DNA from: Azolla caroliniana | Taxonomy: Eukaryota; Plantae; Polypodiophyta | Assembly (NCBI GenBank): GCA_043228905.1 | Contig: JBHGNT010000001.1 | Coordinates: 28,830,001-28,894,000 of the forward strand | Direction of reading: 5' to 3' | DNA length: 64,000 nt | Shown here: piece after piece, positions 13,874 through 23,600 of the stretch | Layout: each line of letters begins with the position of its first letter | Position numbering within the stretch: position 1 is the stretch's first letter | The notes under the pieces: model-generated | Databases searched by the model: none | Told to the model about the DNA's origin: nothing | What the model saw: only the letters and a program-made list of their open reading frames with translations | Made by a program: the position numbers and the translations under genes

Positions 13874-14422
13874 TCCATCGGCATAGACAAGGTGCTTGAA
13901 GAACACACTTGAAGATCTATGAATAAATTATTAGAGGGGATCCAAGAGTGCCCTTCAATCTTGCAGGATCCTTTATTGAGGATTAGAATAGCATATAAAA
14001 ACAAAAACACACTTATCACCCGTTCTTAGGGATCTAGAACTATTGGCCCATTTAACTTGCTACGACGGTTACATAAACAAACCCATTCAAAGGGGGTTTT
14101 GAGGATGTAAAATGGGTCAACAAAGAGAGTAGGCATTTAGCGACGATGACAATTCCACCCGCAAGGGTAGAAGTAATGAAAATAAGCACATAGTCAGAAA
14201 TCAAATATTTCACCAATCGCAAAGTTGTCCAATGGATTGTGCTCATGTGTTAGCCACCGTGTGAGATCCAAACAAGAGAAGACATCTCTAAATCTCTCCC
14301 TATGTGGAATACAGAAGGTTAACTCCTCCAAAACCAGAATGTCACAAACGCATGCCTATAGTAAATTAACCTCATTCCCAAGCCACTACCAATGAATTAC
14401 AAATACCACTTAGACTTTTAGT

Positions 14423-14494
14423 AGGCGACACCCAGTCTCAACTTGGGGGATCAAGGATTTGCAATCCTTTGTCTTACCACTTGATTATATCCCC
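14423..14494 (-). pseudogene. trnC: Degenerate plastid-type tRNA-Cys(GCA) in a probable NUPT
   Basis: AGGCGACACCCAG...TGGGGGATCAAGGATTTGCAATCCTTTGTCTTACCACTTG is a mutated reverse complement of chloroplast trnC-GCA. The T-arm and acceptor stem are damaged. Confidence 0.75.
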
Positions 14495-14856
14495 CCCCCC
14501 CCCCCCCCCCGTACTGAACCACCAATAGTTGATCTTGATCTAGTCGAAGGCTAAGGTTATATCGATAGAGGAACTTCTTTCCTAATAGGACCAATCATGG
14601 AATATAGCATATTCAACAATTCTTTTGTAGGAATGGTCTCCCATGCAGAAAAACCAAACACACAAAAAAGCCTATAAATTGAATCCTTTTATATTTCCTA
14701 TATTGATAGTGAAAGAATTGAAATAACCAACGAGAGGGAGAGACAAAGGAACGATGTGTCTCCTTCCGCCATAAGTGCGATGTCTGTCCGTCTCTCTAAA
14801 TGACCCTTTTCCCGTAGATCTAAGTTTGACGTCTGCAGAGAAACGTCGAGTCACGT

Positions 14857-15501
14857 TGTCGTGAAGAAAACCGTCCCCTGGCGCAATCGGTGAATAGCAC
14901 ACAGGAACCAGCCCTTCACGTGTGCGCGCTCTTAATGTATATAATAGAGAATTAGGTACAGAGAGAGATCCGGGGTAGTTAGATTCGGTAGGTAGGAAGT
15001 AAATGAGGGAGACGGCTCCCCTCTTGACGCTATAAAGGAGAGGGAGACGCAGGGAGAGGATCGCGCATTGAGGAGGACGAAGTGCTGTCGGACCGGAACC
15101 GAACGCTTCTCCTCTGTCTGTTCTCTGTTGCTCTTCTCTGCAGGTTTCAGGAGGCTCGCGCTGCTTCGAGGAACGCCCGTGTGCTTCCGGCAGCACCTCC
15201 ATCCTATCCCCATTTCGTGCGCAGACGAACAGGCATCGACATCTGTTCGCCGGCCTGTTCGGTTGTAGCCGCTCACGTGTTCTGCTGTGTACTTGTTATT
15301 CATTAATATACAAACACTTGTCTCTCCTTGTCTCTATGTCCATTCGCGTCTTTGTGTTGACGGGCCACGCCCCTGTGTTTCTTTGCTCATACGTGACCGA
15401 GCGTCTCTCTCCTTCTCTTTCCCCTTCTATCACCTGCTCTTTGGTTCAAGACCCCGGTGGTCCCGCCTTGTTTCTCCACGCACGCGCATAATAACGCGAC
15501 A
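14857..15501 (+). repeat. 5' LTR of gypsy element A
   Basis: TG...CA ends with short inverted termini, TATAAA near 15031, near-identical to 20423-20648 plus 26347-26639. Confidence 0.92.
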
Positions 15502-15505
15502 TCTT

Positions 15506-15523
15506 TGGTGAACCCGACGTGAA
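15506..15523 (+). promoter_or_regulatory. Primer-binding site complementary to the tRNA-Trp 3' end
   Basis: TGGTGAACCCGACGTGAA is the reverse complement of the plant cytosolic tRNA-Trp 3' end (...TTCACGTCGGGTTCACCA) as recalled. Confidence 0.8.
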
Positions 15524-17649
15524 ACAGGCGGTAGAGGAGCAGAAGATGAGGGGGTCGGATCTTGCAGAGGCCATGGCTTCGGCCGTGGACCGGATAGTGA
15601 GCGCGCGCGAGGGCACCGACGCCCTTGACAGGGCTATTGAGGCGATCGTTGGTACGATCGACCGGTTCAGTGGAAAGGATGCCACGAGTTATTTGGCGTC
15701 CTACCGGGGCGGAGATGTTGATGAGGGATATTCCGGAAGAGAGGCGTCTTGCCGGATTCCCTCGAGTGGCGATGCCGGGCATCCATGCGGAGGTGCTCGA
15801 GGTCCGGGCGGAGAGCCGGACCTGGGAAGAGTTCGAAGGACCGCTCCTGGAGAAATACGGGCTGGATGACGCGCTTCGACTTTCGAAGCGGAGCTTCATG
15901 GAGTGGGTGGAGTCCCCCAACAAAGGAAGAAATGCGTCGGTACTCCTCCGAGAGTTTGAGGAACGCTTTGTGCGCCTTTCGGCACTCGATCGGACTGTTT
16001 TGGACACAAATCGGTTGACACATGGGATCGGGGGCAAGTTGGCTCCTTACTGGAAACCGAAGACGGGCTGACGACCGACTGGGCCGCGGTAAAGAGAGTC
16101 TGCGGCCGTTTTGACAAACGGTGGGAGTGGGTTGATACAGAGGCGACCGGGGCGGGACCTGTCGCAGCAAGGAAGCTCGAACCGATACCGCAGGCACGAA
16201 GGGAAGAGACCTGGGAGTGGCTCGAAACCGGTTCGTCTTCGACTGGCGTAATCAGAGGCTCGTCCGGGGGAACAATTCTGGAGGAGTTGACACAAGCGGT
16301 AAAGGATCTCCAGATCGCCCAGGCTCGGAGGGAAGGCGGCGATTAGGCTCGTGACCGACGGCCTTCGGCAAGGAGTAGGTGCATGTGGTGCGACGAGGTC
16401 GGCCACATCCGGAAAGACTGCGGGGACTTTATGGAGGCTTTGAGAAGCCGGGTAGTGTACCTGTGGGAAGGTCGGGTGCACGCTAGTGATACCCGAAGGG
16501 CCCTGAACCGAAACGACGGGAGAGGAGGAATGAAAAGGCTGATGGAAGAGGCGGCAGCCCGGCACGCGGAGACCGTCCACTACTCAGCGTCAGCCGATAT
16601 TCGGGTCGGGGGCAGCGGGGCCCGGAAGGAGAGCAAAGTCGAATTCTGGCCGACGGTGCTGGAAGGCCTCGTCGGTGCCCGACTGAAGAGAGACGAGGCG
16701 GACCGCGCGGAGAAGCGGGTCCAGGGGGTAACTGGGTGGAGTGACCCAGTCGAAGAAAAGACGGGTTTCGTCGAAGCAGCTTGGCAGAACTACGAGGCTC
16801 TGGTTGAAGACAAACGGGTAGGTAAAAACGGAGGGGCCGGACCCTCACAGAGATACGAAACCCGATTCGGGCCGAAACGGAACGAGGCCGGCGAGTCTAG
16901 TGCCCGTGATAACCACAAGAAGGGCGGATACCGGTTGGGCACGGAGATAGAAAAGACCACGGACCTACGAAAGGTCCTGGAAGAACGAATCCTCGACAAC
17001 AAGGTGGAACTGTCGTTGCGAGAGGTGCTCGGGATAGCCAAGAAGGAGTTCCACGACTCCATCGTGGACTTGGTGAAGAGGAAGAGGCTGTCGACGGAGG
17101 TAGAACCGGACAGGCCAGTGGAAGTGCGGACGACGCACATAGAGGACATGGCGATGGAAGACGAGTGGGCGGAGAGCCACTATTCGAGGCCACACTAGGC
17201 CCGAGCGACCACGGAAACCCCGGTGAAAATCGGAGATGTTCAGGAACCGGTGGTGGCACTGGTGGACCACAGTTCGGAAATAAACCTGATGTCCATGGAC
17301 ATCTACAAAAAGGGGAAATGGCTGATCAAAACTAAGCACGGGTGGAAGATATGGGCGGCGACGCGAGCCACCGAGGAACTACACGGGCCTGCCCAAACGT
17401 GCGAGTCAAGATCGGCGACGTCGAAATAGACCATCACTTCTTTGTGCAGGAAACGTCCTCGCACCCGGTCATTCTGGGGGAACCATACATTACGGCGGCG
17501 CGAATGGAGACCAAGGTGCTGGACAACGGGTCGGCTTACGCGAGGGTCAAGAGCCAGGACGAGCGTCATTCGGTCCAGTTCCTGATGGTACGACCCAACC
17601 ACGAGCGAAACCGCGAGTCCCTCGGTGGCGAGAACCGAGAGGATTTTTA

Positions 17650-20430
17650 GAGAGGGTTGCCAAGGTGTACTCGAACCAGTGGTTTACTGTACCGAAGAAG
17701 AACGTGACGTTGCGCTTCATTCAAGACTTGCAGCCGGTCAACAGAGTGACCATTCGGAACGCGGGAATCGGACCATTGATAGACGAGTTCGCGGAGGCCT
17801 TCGCCGGAAGGTCGATCTACTCGGTCGGTGATCTGTACTCGGGGTACGATGAGTTCCAACTAGTTGTAGAGAGCAGAGACATTACGACGATGCGGAGTCC
17901 TCTCGGCCTAGTGCGGATGTGCACCCTGCCGCAAGGAGGGACGAACTCGGTGGCCCACATGGTAAATGTGATGAACAAGGTGCTGAGGGATTGTATCCCG
18001 GACATCACCATGCCATTCTTGGACGACATCCCGATCAAGGGATGTCCAGTGGAGAAAAAGGACGAAACGATCGGACCGGACGGATGCCGGAAATTCGTGA
18101 CGACACACATTGACGACTGCGAGAGGGTGCTGCAGAGGCTGGAGGACGCGAGGCTCACCTTCTCCGGGGAGAAATCGGCCTTCGGGCAATCGGAGATCAT
18201 GGTCGTCGGGCATCTATGCGGGGCGTATGGCCGAAAACCGTCTCCGGCCAAGGTAGAAGCCATCTCCGCTATGAAGCCCGACTATAACTCGGTCACGGAG
18301 GTACGGAGGTTCTTGGGAGCATGCACGTTCTACCACATATGGATCCCGCATTACGCCCACGTTGCCGAGCTGCTATACGGGTTGCTGAAAAAGGGGCAAA
18401 AATTCGAGTGGCGAGTCGAGCATACGGAGTCAGTACGAAAAATGAAGGAGGCTCTTGCTGCAGCTCCGGCGCTCCGGAAGGCTGTCTACAAGAAAGACAC
18501 CCCCATCTACATAACGGTAGATACAAGTCCGACTGGGATCGGTTGGGTCGTCAACCAAGAAGATGAGGACGGTATTCGGTTCCCAATCCGGTTCAGCGCG
18601 AAGGTCCTCAGCGAGCGACAACGAGGATACGCCGAGGTTAAACGCGAACTCTGGGGTATCGTTTCGGTAGTAAAGGCCGATAAAGACTATCTGATCGGGA
18701 CAGAGGTAATTATCGAGACGGACTGCCTGCCGATCCTCGGCATGGTTTTCGGATGCGTGACCCCGGACCTGGCAATGCTCAGGTGGATAGCGTACATCAA
18801 GTCCCTGGATCCGGAAATACGACACATTTCCGGGAAGGACAATGCCATGGCCGACATGCTTTCGAGGGCGAGATTCGACGACGAGGGCGACATGGTTTCG
18901 GAGGACGAGGAAGTCGGCGTAGACTTCTTCGAGGCGGCTTACGTAACAACGGAGGGGGAAAGCACTCCGGCGCTTAACGATTTCAACCAGAGCAAGTACG
19001 ACGGGGAGTGGTTGCAGATTGGGGGATTCTTAAGGACAATGACGCTAGACGCGTCATGGACAAAGGACGAGGCCAACCGGATCTGGAAGAAAGCGTACCG
19101 ATTCTTTCTCCGGGACGGATACTTGTGGAAGCACCCGAAGAAGAGGAACGGCATCCCACTCCGAGTAGTGGCAATGGGGGAGGAACAAGAGGAGTTGTTG
19201 AAGGCCTACCACGACAGCCCCTGGGCTGGGCACTGTGGGACGTGGGCCACGTTCGAGAAGCTAAGGGGGAAGTACTGGTGGCCGGGACTATACCGGGACG
19301 TGCATCGGTTCGTGACACCTTGTGAGAGCTGTCAGATGCACTCCGTAATCCGACATCGGGACGAGCTTCACCCCACTTACCCTCCGGCCACCCACTTCAA
19401 ATGGATGGTAGATTTGGTGACGATGCCGATGGGCGTAGGGCAGATGCGATATCTGGTGCTGGCCTGGGAGGACCTGACGAACCAGGTGGAAGGCCGAGCC
19501 CTGCAGAACAAAACGACCGCGGCCGTGTGTCGGTTCCTGATCGAGGACGTGATATGCCGGTACGGGTGCATCGGAAAGATCGTGGCTGACCGCGGGGAGT
19601 TGGACGCCGAAGAGGCCGAGGAGTTGTTCAACCGGTTAGGGGTCAAGCTCTCGCTCACCATAACCTACAATCCGGAGGCAAACGGGAAGGTAGAGCGCGG
19701 GCACGGGCCAATCGTCAAAGCGCTAGTCCAGGCATGCGGAGACCAGGTCGGGAATTGGCCACGACTGTTACCTTACGCCTTGTGGGCGGACCGGACAACA
19801 CACAGTTCGGTAACCGGGTTCATGCCGTCAGAGCTCATGTTCGGACAGAAGCCGATCATGCCGATGGAACGGACGATCTCCTTTTGGGCGATAGTAGACT
19901 GGAGTGATGAAATGAGTCGGGAAGAACTGCTAACGGCGCGTATACGGCAGCTCGAGCGGAGGCCAGAGGTCGTGGAACGAGCGGCGGAGAGACTTCGGAC
20001 GGCGAGGATGAAGAACAAAGCCCGGTTCGACCGAACGCACCAGCTCAGACCAAAGAGAATCGAGGAAGGCGACTGGGTGCTAGTCTACGACAGCAACCTC
20101 GACAACCAGCACCGAGCAACACGGAAGTTTGCAAAGCGGTGGTTCGGGCCTTACGTGGTAACGGGCGCCAACGACAACGGGATGTATCACCTGGCGGAAC
20201 TCGACGGTACGAGGATGGCGATACCATTGGCGGGAAAGCGGATCAAAGCGTTGAAGAAGCGCCACGACGGCGAACCGGATCTAAGAGGCCTGGACAACGA
20301 CGATGATCAGTCCGAGGCGGAGGACGAACCAATGGACGAGGAACCGGAACCCGGGCCGTTTTTCTCCAACCAGAACCCAATTTTGGCGCATACCGGTGGA
20401 TGCGCGGTTAGGTGGGGGCGGATGTCGTGA
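17650..20430 (+). CDS. pol: Pol (RT-RNase H-integrase) of gypsy element A; open frame but lacking the RT N-terminal region
   Basis: The 921-aa ORF is open in the -1 frame from the gag-protease stop. It lacks 798 bp present in element B at 22160-22957. Confidence 0.88.
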   Translation, partial: ERVAKVYSNQWFTVPKKNVTLRFIQDLQPVNRVTIRNAGIGPLIDEFAEAFAGRSIYSVGDLYSGYDEFQLVVESRDITTMRSPLGLVRMCTLPQGGTNSVAHMVNVMNKVLRDCIPDITMPFLDDIPIKGCPVEKKDETIGPDGCRKFVTTHIDDCERVLQRLEDARLTFSGEKSAFGQSEIMVVGHLCGAYGRKPSPAKVEAISAMKPDYNSVTEVRRFLGACTFYHIWIPHYAHVAELLYGLLKKGQKFEWRVEHTESVRKMKEALAAAPALRKAVYKKDTPIYITVDTSPTGIGWVVNQEDEDGIRFPIRFSAKVLSERQRGYAEVKRELWGIVSVVKADKDYLIGTEVIIETDCLPILGMVFGCVTPDLAMLRWIAYIKSLDPEIRHISGKDNAMADMLSRARFDDEGDMVSEDEEVGVDFFEAAYVTTEGESTPALNDFNQSKYDGEWLQIGGFLRTMTLDASWTKDEANRIWKKAYRFFLRDGYLWKHPKKRNGIPLRVVAMGEEQEELLKAYHDSPWAGHCGTWATFEKLRGKYWWPGLYRDVHRFVTPCESCQMHSVIRHRDELHPTYPPATHFKWMVDLVTMPMGVGQMRYLVLAWEDLTNQVEGRALQNKTTAAVCRFLIEDVICRYGCIGKIVADRGELDAEEAEELFNRLGVKLSLTITYNPEANGKVERGHGPIVKALVQACGDQVGNWPRLLPYALWADRTTHSSVTGFMPSELMFGQKPIMPMERTISFWAIVDWSDEMSREELLTARIRQLERRPEVVERAAERLRTARMKNKARFDRTHQLRPKRIEEGDWVLVYDSNLDNQHRATRKFAKRWFGPYVVTGANDNGMYHLAELDGTRMAIPLAGKRIKALKKRHDGEPDLRGLDNDDDQSEAEDEPMDEEPEPGPFFSNQNPILAHTGGCAVRWGRMS

Positions 20431-20648
20431 AGAAAACCGTCCCCTGGCGCAATCGGTGAATAGCACACAGGAACCGGCCCTTCACGTGTGCACGCTCTTA
20501 ATGTATATAATAGAGAATTAGGTACAGAGAGAGATCCGGGGTAGTTAGATTCGGTAGGTAGGAAGTAAATGAGGGAGATGGCTCCCCTCTTGACGCTATA
20601 AAGGAGAGGGAGACGCAGGGAGAGGATCGCGCATTGAGGAGGACGAAG

Positions 20649-23600
20649 GGAAGAAGCCCGGGAGGCTTGAACCGGCGCCGCAAGTACGAAGGGAAGAAGC
20701 CCGGGAATGGCTCGAAACCGGTCCGGCTTCGACTGGCATGGTCTATGGCTCGTCCGGAGGAGCAGCTCTGGAGGAGTTGACGCGGGCGATAAAGGATCTC
20801 TAGATCGCCCAGACTCGAAGGGAAGGCGGCGAACCGGCTCGCGACCGACGGCCGGCAGTAGGGAACAGGTGCATGTGGTGCGACGAGGTCGGCCACATCC
20901 GGAAGGACTGCGGCGATTTCGCATAAGCGTTGAGGAGCCGGGTGGTGTACCTGTGGGAAGGCCGGGTGCACGCCGGCGACACCAGAAGGGCCCTAAACCG
21001 AAACGACGGACGAGGATGTATGAAGAGACTGATGGAAGAGGCAGCGGCCCGACACGTGGAGGCCATCCACTACTCGGTGTCGGCCGGCATTCGGGTCGGG
21101 GGCAGCGAGGTCCGAAAGGAGGGCAAAGACGGATTCTGGTCGGCAATGCTGGAAGGTCTTGCCGGCGCACGACCAAGGAAAGACGAAACGGACCGTGCTG
21201 AGAGACGAGTCCGGGAAATAACCGGGTGGAGCGATCCGGTCGAGGAGAAGACGGGCTTCGTAGAAGTCGCCTGCCGGAACTACGAGGCTCTGGTAGAAGA
21301 CAAGCGAGTGGGGAAAGCCGGAGCGGTCGGGCCCTCACAACGGTACGAGACCTGATTCGGGCAACGACGGAACAATGCCGGCGGGTCCAGCTCGCAAGAC
21401 AACCCCAGGAAGGGCGGATACCGACTGGGGACGGAGATAGAAAGGACTACGGACCTACGAAAGGTCCTAGAAGAACGGATCCTCGACAGCAAAGTGGAGC
21501 TGTCATTGCGAGAGGTGTTAGGGATCGCCAAGAAGGAGTTCCACGACTCCATTGTAGACTTGGTGAAACGGAAGAGGCTGTCGACGGAGACGGATCCGGA
21601 AAGACCGGTAGAGGTGCGGACGACGCACATCGACGACTCGGCGTTGGCAGATGAGTGGGCGGAGAGCCACTATTCGAGGCCACACTGGGCCCGAGCGACC
21701 ACGGAGACCCCGGTAAAGATCGGAGAGGTTCAGGAACCGGTGGTGGCGTTGGTGGACCATGGTTCGGAAATAAACCTGATGTCCATGGACTTCTATAAGA
21801 AGGGAAAGTGGCCGATCAACACCAAGCACGGGTGGAAGATACGGGCGGCGACGCGCGCCACCGAGGAACTACACGGGGCTTGCCCGAACGTGCGAGTCAA
21901 GATCGGCGACGTCGAGATCGACCAACACTTCTTCGTACAGGAGACGTCCTCGCACCCGGTCATATTAGGTGAACCATACATCACGGCGGCGCGGATGGAG
22001 ACCAAAGAGCTGGACAACGGGTCGGCCTACGCGAGGGTCAAAAGCCAGGACGGGCGCCATTCGGTTCAGTTTCTGATGATGCGGCCGAACCACGAGAGGA
22101 ACCGCGAATCCCTCGGTGGCGAGAACCAGGAGGATTTTTAGAGAGGGCTGCCAAGGCGTGGGGCCGAGACAGTCCGGACACTCGGGAAAGACCCCACAGC
22201 TGTACGATAGAACCGAAACCGAAGAAACCTTGTACGATAGGTAGAAAATTCTGCTTCTCCGGCAATGGAGGGTGCATGATAGTCGGCATCGATGGGCGAG
22301 AAAAGACAAGGGCGGAAGTGCGACTTCGAGAGTGTGGAGTTCTCGGCCCGGACGAGGAAATCAGCGGAGCCGCGGAGGCGGTCTCCTTCGACGACACCTT
22401 GGGGATGCTGAGGAAGGTAGCCGGAGAAGACCTTAACGAAGACCGGACGATACCGGTATGTTCCGAAGAGATGTACGAAGTCATCGCGGACTTCGGTCAG
22501 GGGCTTGAGTCGGATCGGATGGCCCGAGTTAGCACGAAGTACAAGACTGTGGACCGGAAGGTAAGGCCGGTCGCGGCACCCTTACCGGAGGGCAGCGAGT
22601 CCCGGATCAGAGGGGTTGCGTCGGACCCCAGTTTACGAGATCCGGCCTGCATAGGACACACCTTCACCGACGGGACGCTCCGGGAGCTCAAAATCGGTGG
22701 GGGCGGGTTCCTACTGCCGGCGGAGGAAGACCGGTTTCGGAGGATGCTCGGAAGGCACGGGAAAGCCTTCGCATTCTCACCGGAAGAGATCGGGTGCGTA
22801 GACCCGACGATCGTGGAGCCGATGGTGATATTCACGGTACCGCATGTACCGTGGAATCTCAAGCCGATTCCGGTACCAAGAGCTCACATCCCGGAGTTGA
22901 TGGAGCTACTGAGGCAGAAAATCGATATGGGCATTCTCGAACCGTTGAGTGCCCCATACTCGAACCGATGGTTTACCGTACCAAAGAAAAACGGAACGTT
23001 GCGCTTCATTCAAGACCTGCAGCCGGTCAACAGAGTGACCATTCGGAACGCAGGAATCGGACCGACCATAGACGAGTTCGCGGAGGCCTTCGCCGGAAGG
23101 TCGATTTACTCGGTCGGTGATCTGTACTCGGGGTACGACCAGTTCCAGCTAGCCGTGGAGAGCAGAGATATTACGACGATGCGAACTCCCCTCGGCCTAG
23201 TGCGAATGTGTACCCTGCCACAAGGAGGGACCAACTCGGTGGCCCACATGGTGAATGCAATGAACAAGGTACTGAGGGATTGCATCCCGGACATCACCAT
23301 GCCGTTTCTAGACGACATCCCTATCAAAGGGTGCCCGGTGGAGGAGAAGGACGAGACAGTCGGGCCGGACGGATGCCGGCGATTCGTGGCGACACACATC
23401 GACGACTGCGAGAAGGTGCTACAGAGGCTAGAGGATGCGAGGCTCACCTTCTCCGGGGAGAAATCGGCCTTCGGGCAATCGGAAATCCTGGTGGTCGGAC
23501 ACCTATGTGGACCTTATGGCCGGAAGCCGTCTCCGGCAAAGGTAGAAGCCATCTCCGCGATGAAGACCGATTGTAGCTCGGTTACGGAAGTTCGGAGGTT

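Noticed and set aside
14423-14494. Functional nuclear tRNA-Cys gene
   Set aside because: T-loop and acceptor stem are mutated, and the sequence is plastid-type.
20307-21338. 343-aa antisense ORF (and 14672-15202, 25369-26046) as extra retroelement genes
   Set aside because: They cross LTR or deletion junctions and are not preserved between A and B.
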